A stretch of 56,531 nucleotides of DNA from a virus, in the IMG/VR virus record IMGVR_UViG_3300028578_000004, positions 1 to 56,531 of that record; one strand, given 5' to 3'. The position numbers and the translations under genes were made by a program. Shown here in pieces: positions 15,943 to 23,714 of the stretch (within the stretch, counting starts at the first letter, position 1; each line of letters starts with the position of its first letter). Under the pieces are notes generated by a model. That model had not been told where the DNA came from and made no database searches. It saw only the letters and a list, made by a program, of their open reading frames with translations.

Positions 15943-17462
15943 CCGAGCAGAAGATACCGACCGCGCAGGACCTGGCCGAGGCACTTCGCGCCGGGCTAAC
16001 GGCACCAGTCGGCGAGTGGTCATGTGGGGAGTTGTACTGGACCGACGTGATCGAGTTCGCAGCCCGCCGTCTCGAGCACAACGTCCTCCTGATGAGCGGG
16101 TTGGACGAGCGGTTCGCGGACGACGTGACGCGCGCTGTCTCGGAGGCGACGGGTGTCCCGGCGGTCGCTGTCCCCGCTGGCACGCATGTCACCGCGATCG
16201 AGCCGACCGAGGAGACGGTCGCGTACTTCATGCGCCGCGGGAGTGAGGAGACGCGCGGTGACCTGCGCGAGGTAGCCGAGAGGTTGCACGAGGTCACCGG
16301 CAAGCTCGTCTTCTGGACGGACGACGGAGACCTGCGATCCGTCAGCGAGGAGGAGATGCGCGAGGCTGGATGGGTGCGAGCCGAGGATGCACCTGTGCCG
16401 TGGGCAGCGGATTCGAGCGCATCGACTGTCCGCCGATTCGAGGCCCTGATCCACCTGCACGAAGGGTTCGGGGAGGAGCGCCCGATCCCCACTCAAGACG
16501 AGGTCACGGACGCGATCCACGCCGCTGTGGTCCAAGGTCTGTGGAACTTCAACGGCCAGACGCGGGTAAGGGAAGCGGGAGCGAAAGAGCAGGGGCGAGT
16601 CCTCACCGAGAAGGAAGGACCGCGCACCACCGAGACCGCTGTAGCCGAGTATCTAGAGGCGATGGCGGCGCGGCTGGACTCATCGCCCGGCGTGCAGACC
16701 TGGCAGTCGGCTGCGCTACGCGAGGCAGCGGAGGTCGTTCGCGGGCAGGCCGGTGGAGGGGGAACGTCGGACGAGGCCGAACCCCTCGAGCCTGGCACTC
16801 ACTGGGAGCACTTCCTCGGGGGCCTGTCGCTGAGGATCGGCGAGAAGGGTGAGGCGTGGCTCATCTCGGTCTATCCGCCGGATGCAGAGCCATGCCGCTA
16901 CAGCATCGGGCGAGCCGATGCGGAATACCTCGCCGACCTCCTGTCGCGCTGGGCGAAGACGTGGCCGAAGTGGGGGCCCCCGGAGGCGGACGGCCCCTCA
17001 GAGACCATCTGGCCGGAATGCCCGCAGTGCGGGAAGCACGCCACCGTGCACGATACCGGCCAGGAACTGTTCACCTGCCCAGAGGGGCACTCGTGGCCTG
17101 CACCTGTAGCGGCAGACACCGAACCGCCCGAGACAGCCGAGGTCTCCGTACCGGTGGTGAAGGTGACGGTGCCAGCGGAGCACGCGGACATGGACCACGA
17201 AGTCGATGCCTACCTCCAGGACGACGGCACGGTCATCGCGAAGTGCTCGTGCGGACAGTGGGGTACGGACAGCGGGGGACCCGTGCGCGAGAAGCCCAAG
17301 CCTCTGCGGACCAGGTGGGGATGCCAGTGCTGCACCCACGTCGTGGAACTCACGGAGGACGGTCGCTACCCCGATCACGAGTTCATGGCGGGTGTCAAGT
17401 GCGCGTGGTCCGGTAAGCCCGCAGGAGGCGGCGACCGCAGAGCCTCAGGTCGCCCAGGATGA
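15939..17462 (+). CDS. Large hypothetical protein with C-terminal zinc ribbons (507 aa)
   Basis: ATGA overlap start. The C-terminal part carries CPQCGK..CPEGH and CSCG..CQCC. I recognise no enzymatic motif. Confidence 0.8.
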   Translation: MTEQKIPTAQDLAEALRAGLTAPVGEWSCGELYWTDVIEFAARRLEHNVLLMSGLDERFADDVTRAVSEATGVPAVAVPAGTHVTAIEPTEETVAYFMRRGSEETRGDLREVAERLHEVTGKLVFWTDDGDLRSVSEEEMREAGWVRAEDAPVPWAADSSASTVRRFEALIHLHEGFGEERPIPTQDEVTDAIHAAVVQGLWNFNGQTRVREAGAKEQGRVLTEKEGPRTTETAVAEYLEAMAARLDSSPGVQTWQSAALREAAEVVRGQAGGGGTSDEAEPLEPGTHWEHFLGGLSLRIGEKGEAWLISVYPPDAEPCRYSIGRADAEYLADLLSRWAKTWPKWGPPEADGPSETIWPECPQCGKHATVHDTGQELFTCPEGHSWPAPVAADTEPPETAEVSVPVVKVTVPAEHADMDHEVDAYLQDDGTVIAKCSCGQWGTDSGGPVREKPKPLRTRWGCQCCTHVVELTEDGRYPDHEFMAGVKCAWSGKPAGGGDRRASGRPG

Positions 17463-17659
17463 CCCTTGCCCTAACGATCGCGGTGTGCGCGGTGGTCGGC
17501 GGACTCATCGGGGCCGTGATCGGTGGCGGGTTCGCCGACATCGCGAGCGACGCGGATCTGCGGGAGGAGTGGTTCCTCCATAGACTGAGGCTCATGGCGA
17601 TCATCGGTGAGGCCGCGCTACTGGGGGCCGCGACGTGGGTGGGGTCGTGGGTCGGGTGA
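17459..17659 (+). CDS. Small membrane protein (66 aa)
   Basis: ATGA overlap start. Two hydrophobic segments (LALTIAVCAVVGGLIGAVIGG and AIIGEAALLGAATWVGSWV). Confidence 0.65.
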   Translation: MTLALTIAVCAVVGGLIGAVIGGGFADIASDADLREEWFLHRLRLMAIIGEAALLGAATWVGSWVG

Positions 17660-17826
17660 ACGATGACGAACTCATGCAATGGGCGACACCCGCTGAGCGT
17701 GACCTTCTGCGATCGCTCGACCGACAACGCCGTCTTTGGACCGGCGTGATATGGCTGCTCGGGTTCGTGGCGGCGTGTTGGGCGGTTGTCATCATCGTGA
17801 TGATCGTGCGGGCGTGGGTCGGATGA
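17656..17826 (+). CDS. Small membrane protein (56 aa)
   Basis: GTGA overlap start. TM segment GVIWLLGFVAACWAVVIIVMIV. Confidence 0.6.
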   Translation: MNDDELMQWATPAERDLLRSLDRQRRLWTGVIWLLGFVAACWAVVIIVMIVRAWVG

Positions 17827-17996
17827 GACGCGACGTCTGCCCCTACTGCGGCTGGCCCCTGGTCATCGTCACGACGCCCGCGGGCATCTCGCAGCTGCAC
17901 GACTTCCCGGTCTGTCGCCAGTGGTGGAGCGAACGTAAGCCCGGGCGCGTTGTGAACCTCGCGGCGCCGTACCTGCCGGTGACCATCAGCGTATGA
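17823..17996 (+). CDS. Small Cys-containing protein (57 aa)
   Basis: ATGA overlap start. Contains a CPYC motif. Confidence 0.55.
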   Translation: MRRDVCPYCGWPLVIVTTPAGISQLHDFPVCRQWWSERKPGRVVNLAAPYLPVTISV

Positions 17997-18187
17997 GGCG
18001 TACGGAGTATGAGTTCGTAGAGAAGACCGAGGTCGTGCGGGCTGCAAGTCGTGGTGCCCTTCAGCGCGCACGTCAGGAGGGCATCAGAAGCGCGACGTTC
18101 GTCGCTGCGGAACCGATGAAGGGTGGCTATATGCGGGTCCGTCTTCGAGGTATTGATCCCTACATCGGAGCGGGAGGCCACCCATGA
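17993..18187 (+). CDS. Hypothetical protein (64 aa)
   Basis: ATGA overlap start. Confidence 0.55.
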   Translation: MRRTEYEFVEKTEVVRAASRGALQRARQEGIRSATFVAAEPMKGGYMRVRLRGIDPYIGAGGHP

Positions 18188-18209
18188 CGACCCAAGGGAG
18201 GAGTAGCCG

Positions 18210-18350
18210 GTGAGCACGCTCGTACGCGTGACGATGAGGGTTGACGACGACAACGACGTCAGGGCAGCAGAGGCCGTAGTCGACGTGCTGAACCTGGTTC
18301 CGGGCGACGTCCTGGAGACGGAGATTCTGGAGGCCACCCATGACGACTGA
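18210..18350 (+). CDS. Hypothetical acidic small protein (46 aa)
   Basis: Hand-translated. GGGAGGAG RBS, then GTG 18210. Confidence 0.5.
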   Translation: MSTLVRVTMRVDDDNDVRAAEAVVDVLNLVPGDVLETEILEATHDD

Positions 18351-18489
18351 CCCCCGCAAGCCACGCCCCACCAAGCGCAAGCGCCGAAAGAAGAGACGCG
18401 CTCGAGACCTACCGGAAGACGCCCAGCGGTCCACGAAGATGAAGCCGCGACGCGCGGTGATCGGGGACAGGGACTCGTGGGGGCGATGA
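18340..18489 (+). CDS. Hypothetical highly basic small protein (49 aa)
   Basis: Hand-translated. Contains the KRKRRKKRR run, and the stop overlaps the next ATG. Confidence 0.45.
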   Translation: MTTDPRKPRPTKRKRRKKRRARDLPEDAQRSTKMKPRRAVIGDRDSWGR

Positions 18490-18683
18490 GCGAGACCGTC
18501 AGCGCCATTCCCGATGTGTTGGAGGTCATCCCGGGCATGAGCACGCAGAGGCGCGTTGAGTTGTCGTGCGGACATCTGCGATTGCTGATGCACGCGCAAA
18601 CGGGGCATCCCCTTGTCGGGGTGTACGCAGAGTGCGATGAGTGCGGGGGTCGCCTGCGACAGGTTCAGGAGGTCATTCGGTGA
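18486..18683 (+). CDS. Hypothetical protein with a CDEC motif (65 aa)
   Basis: ATGA overlap start. GTG 18477 is an alternative. Confidence 0.6.
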   Translation: MSETVSAIPDVLEVIPGMSTQRRVELSCGHLRLLMHAQTGHPLVGVYAECDECGGRLRQVQEVIR

Positions 18684-18922
18684 CCGGCCCCCACATCTGC
18701 GGCGCCTGCGGACAGTGCGCGGTGACGGTAGAGCGCGACTCCGAAGAGGTTCGCGTCGTCTGCTCGGCCTGCAACACGAAGAGGGTGCACGTACCCGTGT
18801 GGGCGACGGCCGATGATCGGGTGCTCGCGATGGTGATCGGCCGGCCGCCCGTGAAGCGCGGGAAGCCCAGGAAGCGGAGCGGCGGGAATATCGCATCGGT
18901 GACCGGGGGAGTGCGACTGTAG
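18680..18922 (+). CDS. Zinc-ribbon protein (80 aa)
   Basis: GTGA overlap start. Contains CGAC and CSAC pairs. Confidence 0.6.
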   Translation: MTGPHICGACGQCAVTVERDSEEVRVVCSACNTKRVHVPVWATADDRVLAMVIGRPPVKRGKPRKRSGGNIASVTGGVRL

Positions 18923-19348
18923 GTGAGTGCCGAAGTGTTCTATTACCACGGTGGCCCACCCGATCTGCGCGTGGGTGATCTGATCGAGCCGCAACCCATG
19001 GACCGGGGCCGCCATCTTGTCGATGGGTGCCCGGTGTGCGAGGCCCGGAAGAACGGGAAGCCCTCCGACTACGACCAGAACCACCGATTCGATCGGGTCT
19101 ACGTCACAACCGACAAGTTCGTTGCGAAGTGTTTCGCCGCTGGCTATCCGAGAGGGAGCCTCTACCGGGTCGAGCCGATCGGCGACTTGGAACCCGATCC
19201 AGAGCATGAGCAGTCGTTTGCGGTGCCTGCGGCTCGAATCGTGAAGGTCGCTGAACGAGGGATCGACCCGAGCCGTTGGTCGAAGGCGGACGTTCGGAGG
19301 TTCCTGAAGCTCGGCGGGGTCGCCCAAAGCCTCCGTACAACCACGTAA
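18923..19348 (+). CDS. Arr-family (rifampin ADP-ribosyltransferase-like) ADP-ribosyltransferase homologue
   Basis: By eye it shows the Arr pattern: FYYHGGPPDLRVGDLIEP (compare the Arr consensus Y-x-HGT..L.VGD.L.P), RVYVTTD, then GSLYRVEPIGDLEPDPE (compare Arr consensus I-F/Y-I-VEP-x-G-x-x-E-DDPN) and RIVKV. It carries an extra CPVCEARKNG insertion. Confidence 0.65.
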   Translation: MSAEVFYYHGGPPDLRVGDLIEPQPMDRGRHLVDGCPVCEARKNGKPSDYDQNHRFDRVYVTTDKFVAKCFAAGYPRGSLYRVEPIGDLEPDPEHEQSFAVPAARIVKVAERGIDPSRWSKADVRRFLKLGGVAQSLRTTT

Positions 19349-19372
19349 TTCCCCCTGTAGCATTCCCGCCCA

Positions 19373-19714
19373 ATGAGGGCACCCACTAGAACGCGCACCC
19401 GCGTCCCCCGACAGGTCACGTCCGCGGACATCCTTCCGGCGCGCGTGGTCGGGCTCGAAGGCGGACAGGAGGCCGACCACCGCGTCTACATCTCGGACGG
19501 CACACTCCGGGTGTTCCGGGCGCGTAAGGCCCCTCAGCGTGGCTCTGAGCGCGTCCTAGAGGCAGCAGTCGCTTCCGCCACTCTGACCGGCCGCGGGACC
19601 TGGACCGTTCAGACGGAGGACGGGCAGACCCTCACCGTCACCAAGCAAGGCCGATGTGCGTGCGGGTCGCCCTTGCAGTCGATCAGTCGGCGCGAGCTCA
19701 GGGGGATGGCGTGA
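19373..19714 (+). CDS. Hypothetical protein (113 aa)
   Basis: ATG 19373 has no clear RBS, so the true start may be further downstream. Confidence 0.5.
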   Translation: MRAPTRTRTRVPRQVTSADILPARVVGLEGGQEADHRVYISDGTLRVFRARKAPQRGSERVLEAAVASATLTGRGTWTVQTEDGQTLTVTKQGRCACGSPLQSISRRELRGMA

Positions 19715-19815
19715 CCACGCGCGAAAAGACTCTCGTGTTCGCGACGCTGCTCGTCGGGTTGGTCAACAACGTGGTCCTGTTGGTCCATGCGATAGCGGCA
19801 GCGAGGGGGCGGTGA
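19711..19815 (+). CDS. Very small membrane peptide (34 aa)
   Basis: Hand-translated. GTGA overlap start and the hydrophobic core LVFATLLVGLVNNVVLLVHAIAA. Confidence 0.4.
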   Translation: MTTREKTLVFATLLVGLVNNVVLLVHAIAAARGR

Positions 19816-19819
19816 TTCG

Positions 19820-20089
19820 ATGAGGCAACGACTCCGCGACCTATGGCGACGCCTCCCGTGGGGACGGACGCGACCTCAGCCGGTGGGTGTATGTCCCTCG
19901 TGCGGGAGTTTCAAGGTTCGCGAGCGCGAGCCCGAGTGGCCGAACAAGCCGCCGTTCTGGTGTGCCGACTGCGGCGACAAGTGGGCGGGCATCTACAGCC
20001 CGGCGATCAAGGCGAGCGACCTCAGCGTCCGCGTCCTGAGTCCGATCAGGGCTGACCTCGGGGTTATCGAAGACTGGCCGGGTTCGTGA
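19820..20089 (+). CDS. Zinc-ribbon protein (89 aa)
   Basis: Contains CPSC and CADC pairs. Confidence 0.65.
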   Translation: MRQRLRDLWRRLPWGRTRPQPVGVCPSCGSFKVREREPEWPNKPPFWCADCGDKWAGIYSPAIKASDLSVRVLSPIRADLGVIEDWPGS

Positions 20090-20400
20090 TCGAAGCAGCC
20101 GCCCTCGAAGCCCTCGCCCTCTGCATCCTCATGGCCCTCGCGGCCTATCGGATCTTCCGTCTGCTCGCAGTCGACGACTTCCCGCCGATCGTGTGGGCGC
20201 GCGACCGCGTGGATGACTGGATCGCGGAGAGGTTCGGGGACGAGTGGGCGGACGGGCTGACCTGCGGGTGGTGTCTCGGCGCGTGGTGCTCATTCGCGGT
20301 GGTCGGTCTCACCGACGCGTTCACGTCCGTCCCGCTGGTCGGGCTGCAGCTAGGCGCGGTCTCGACGATCGTCGGCATTCTCGGATCGAAGGTCGACTAG
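20086..20400 (+). CDS. DUF1360-like membrane protein
   Basis: GTGA overlap start. AYRIFRLLAVDDFPPIVWARDRV..LTCGWCLGAWCS, followed by a TM segment, matches my recollection of the DUF1360 pattern. Confidence 0.6.
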   Translation: MIEAAALEALALCILMALAAYRIFRLLAVDDFPPIVWARDRVDDWIAERFGDEWADGLTCGWCLGAWCSFAVVGLTDAFTSVPLVGLQLGAVSTIVGILGSKVD

Positions 20401-20778
20401 ATGGCAGAGTGCGCCTTCTGCGAGATCATCGCTGGCAACGCTCCGGCTAAGTTTGTGAATCGCAACGCCGACGCCAGCGCGTTCGTGCCTTTGAACCCCG
20501 TGGTGGAGGGGCACGTGCTGGTGGTCCCTCACAGGCACGCCCGATACATTTGGGAACTCGACTCGTCGTCTTTAGCGATGGCTGTGGCGATGGCCGCCCA
20601 GCTGGCCACAAACATCGCCTGCAACGTCATCCAATCGAACGGGGTAGCCGCGACGCAGACGGTTCCGCACGTTCACTTCCACATCGTTCCACGGAGCGGG
20701 GGCGATGGCCTGATGTTGCCGTGGACAGGGCAGACCGAAGGCGCGGTTCCAAGCACTCCTGAAGGTCCCTGTGACTGA
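20401..20778 (+). CDS. HIT-family (histidine triad) nucleotide hydrolase or transferase
   Basis: N-terminal CAFCEII and the histidine triad VPHVHFHIVPR. Confidence 0.85.
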   Translation: MAECAFCEIIAGNAPAKFVNRNADASAFVPLNPVVEGHVLVVPHRHARYIWELDSSSLAMAVAMAAQLATNIACNVIQSNGVAATQTVPHVHFHIVPRSGGDGLMLPWTGQTEGAVPSTPEGPCD

Positions 20779-20797
20779 GCCGGGAAGGGTGGGCTAG

Positions 20798-21001
20798 ATG
20801 GCGAAGCTCGGAACCGTTCGCACCGACCCCGGCGCGATGAAGTGCCAGGTCAATGGCTGTGGCGCGGATGTGACGGCCGTGATCGAACTGAAGGCCACGC
20901 CGTTGGAGCACGAATCCGACGACGTTGTCTACTTCGGGATCGAGTCGAACATCATCGCCCTAGAAGGGTGCGAGCACGCTGAAGCCTGGGAGCCCGAGTA
21001 A
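20798..21001 (+). CDS. Hypothetical protein (67 aa)
   Basis: ATG 20798 with GGAAGGGTGGG upstream. Confidence 0.6.
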   Translation: MAKLGTVRTDPGAMKCQVNGCGADVTAVIELKATPLEHESDDVVYFGIESNIIALEGCEHAEAWEPE

Positions 21002-23377
21002 GTGGGGGCGCTCGCGCGACTTGCGCGGCGTAGGGGGCTGACGGCAGCGGCAAACGTGCTCGCCCCGGCGCACTCGGCCCTTCCGATCCCCGATGCCTGG
21101 CCGGCCCCGGTGGTCGCAGCAGCGCGCGTCATTGGGATCGCGGATGACCGCACGGAGGCCAGAAAGCTCATCGAGCGCCAGGCGAAGTGGCAGGACCACG
21201 CGTGGGACTACTTCGACGCGCTCGGCGAGGTCAAGTACTCGGGCAATTTCATCGGCAACGCGCTGTCCAAGCTGATCCTGTTCCCGGCGCGACGTCCGGC
21301 CCCCGGACAGCAGCAACCGGAGCCGATTGAGGACGCGGCCCCCATGGATGCGCTCGCCCGCCTCGAGGGCCCGCTCGGGGGCCACCCAGAAATCATGGGC
21401 GCTGCGGGCGTGCACTTCAGCATCCCCGGCGAGTGCTACCTGATCGGTCGCGAGCTGGACCCCGGCGACGAGCGATGGGAGATCCGGGCGAAGGACGAGG
21501 TCAAGCGATCGGCTGAGGGCAAGGTCATCCTCATTGACGGCGGGGACGACAAGGAGAAGGTCGAGCTCGGGGAAGACTCGATGCTCGTTCGCATGTGGAG
21601 TCCGCACCGTCGACGCGCGTGGCAGGCCGACTCACCTCTGCGCGGCGTGCTGTCTCAGTGTGAGGAGCTTCTGATCCTCGACCGCATGGCGCGCGCGACG
21701 GAGCGGAGCCGCAACAACGCTGGCGTGCTGGCCGTGCCGAACGAACTGCGCAAGGTGCGTCGGCAGGTGGGGACGGACGCGAGTTTGGTAGCGGAAGAGG
21801 GCGACCTCGTGGACGAGCTGCTCGAGGCCCTGGGTACTCCGGTCAAAGACGAGGGTCACGCCAACGCGATCGTTCCGCACCTGCTGTTCGGGGAAGAGAA
21901 GTACCTCGACAAGGTCCGGCTGATCGAGCTGTCGCGCACGCTGGACGCGTGGATCGATGTGCGCACGGAGCGCGTGCAGAAGCGGCTCGCGGGGGGTCTG
22001 AACCTTCCGATTGAAGTCGTGCTCGGTATCGGGTCCGCGAATCACTGGTCCGCCTGGGCTATCGACGAGTCGGCGTTCAAGGCGCACCTAGAGCCCCTGA
22101 CGCTGACGATCCTGTCGAGCCTCACGGTCGGATACCTGCATCCGATGCTCCGGGCCGCGGGGGTGCCGAACTGGCGCGACTACATCATTTGGTACGACCC
22201 GGTTCGTCTCGTGGCCCGACCGAACGCGGTGGGCGACGCGAAGGATCTCCACGACCGAGGGGTCATCCGAGACGAAGACCTGCGGGGGGCCGCGGGCTAC
22301 GACGAGACGTCCGCCCCGGATGAGGATGAGATTCAGCGTCGGCTCATATGGCGATCATCGGGCCGACCGTCGGTAGCCGTGGACGGGGCCGAGACCCCAG
22401 AGCAGGGTCCACCCGAGCAGGAAGACTCGCAGGCGTCCGTCACCGCGGCGGCTACCCGCGAAGACCCCGACCTCGCGCGCCTCGCGCGCCGACAGGCCGA
22501 CCTCGACCGCCAGCTGTACGCGCGTCTGGAGGCCGCGTTCGAAGCCGTACTCGACCAAGTTCTAGACCGCGCCGGTGCCCGGGTCGTGCAGGCGGCGAAC
22601 AAGGGCCGGGGCCGGACGAAGGGCACGGCAGCGGCGTCACCCGCCGTCCAAGCGCGCGTGGCCGCCGGCGCGTTGGTGAAGGACGTACCGAGGCGACAGG
22701 TGATTAAGACCCTCGGCCCGGCGATCGTGGCGCAACTCGGGCTCCAGGAGGAAGACCTGCTACGCGGTGCGTTCGACGACTTAGAAGACAGGTTCCGCGC
22801 GTGGGTAGGCCAGACGCAGACGGCAGCCCTCGGACTCGTCCCGGACTTGACGGACGCCGAGAGACGAGACGCGGAGCGGGAGTTCGAGCGCCTGCTGGAC
22901 GACGCGTGGGCGTGGACGCGAGACGCGCTGACGGACCTCGCGCGCGAACGCCTGCACGACCCCGACCCCCGCGCACCTGAGAACGGCGAGCACGACGCGA
23001 CGGCGACCGTTCCGTTTGCGATCATCCGCGAGGCCGTGGCGAGGGCAGGTGGAGCAGTCGGGCCGGACGCCCCGGTCGTGTCCGCCGCGGTTCTGGACCC
23101 CGTGAAGACGGCGCTGGGACTCGCGACCGGATGGCTCATGCAAAAGCTGTTCCGCTCCAAGGGGATCGAAACCGAAGGCTGGGTGTGGGAGTACGGCCCG
23201 TACCCCAGAACCACCGAATTCGAGCCGCACGCGGACCTCGATGGCACGGAGTTCGTGAACTTCGATGATGCGGTGCTGGCGAACAACGAGGGGTGGCCAC
23301 GGTACGCGCACTACCATCCCGGGGACCACGAGACGTGCCGTTGCTCAGCACGTCCGGCGCTGGTGAGGGTCCGATGA
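21002..23377 (+). CDS. Portal protein fused to a MuF-like minor head protein domain
   Basis: 791-aa uninterrupted ORF. The N-terminal two thirds look portal-like (WQDHAWDYFDALGEVKYSGNFIGNALSKL). The C-terminal HADLDGTEFVNFDD..YHPGDHETCRC is the SPP1 gp7 / Mu gpF signature. Confidence 0.8.
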   Translation: MGALARLARRRGLTAAANVLAPAHSALPIPDAWPAPVVAAARVIGIADDRTEARKLIERQAKWQDHAWDYFDALGEVKYSGNFIGNALSKLILFPARRPAPGQQQPEPIEDAAPMDALARLEGPLGGHPEIMGAAGVHFSIPGECYLIGRELDPGDERWEIRAKDEVKRSAEGKVILIDGGDDKEKVELGEDSMLVRMWSPHRRRAWQADSPLRGVLSQCEELLILDRMARATERSRNNAGVLAVPNELRKVRRQVGTDASLVAEEGDLVDELLEALGTPVKDEGHANAIVPHLLFGEEKYLDKVRLIELSRTLDAWIDVRTERVQKRLAGGLNLPIEVVLGIGSANHWSAWAIDESAFKAHLEPLTLTILSSLTVGYLHPMLRAAGVPNWRDYIIWYDPVRLVARPNAVGDAKDLHDRGVIRDEDLRGAAGYDETSAPDEDEIQRRLIWRSSGRPSVAVDGAETPEQGPPEQEDSQASVTAAATREDPDLARLARRQADLDRQLYARLEAAFEAVLDQVLDRAGARVVQAANKGRGRTKGTAAASPAVQARVAAGALVKDVPRRQVIKTLGPAIVAQLGLQEEDLLRGAFDDLEDRFRAWVGQTQTAALGLVPDLTDAERRDAEREFERLLDDAWAWTRDALTDLARERLHDPDPRAPENGEHDATATVPFAIIREAVARAGGAVGPDAPVVSAAVLDPVKTALGLATGWLMQKLFRSKGIETEGWVWEYGPYPRTTEFEPHADLDGTEFVNFDDAVLANNEGWPRYAHYHPGDHETCRCSARPALVRVR

Positions 23378-23384
23378 TCGAGCC

Positions 23385-23714
23385 GTGACGCAGGTAGTCG
23401 GAGCGATTGCCGGGCTCCTCATCGGGGCCGTCCTCGTGCTGTGGTGGCGGGGGCAGACAGCGTTCACACGCTGCGGCAGAAAGCCGCGAGGACTGTCGAT
23501 TCGAGTAGACCGGGCCGGGGTCGTGCCGATCCCATGGCGACAGCGTCTGTGCCGCCTCCGCATCCCCGCCTATGGCCAGACATTTCGCGAGTGGTTCATC
23601 CCGCTTCCCTTCAACGGTGTCGCCTGCGTGTGCTGGGTGCCGCTGAAGTGGCCCGACGAATCCCACATCGCTCCCGAACCCCCAAGTACCCTGACCCCGG
23701 AGGTGAAGCCATGA
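23385..23714 (+). CDS. Small membrane protein (109 aa)
   Basis: GTG start and an N-terminal TM segment VVGAIAGLLIGAVLVLWW. The stop overlaps the protease ATG. Confidence 0.5.
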   Translation: MTQVVGAIAGLLIGAVLVLWWRGQTAFTRCGRKPRGLSIRVDRAGVVPIPWRQRLCRLRIPAYGQTFREWFIPLPFNGVACVCWVPLKWPDESHIAPEPPSTLTPEVKP

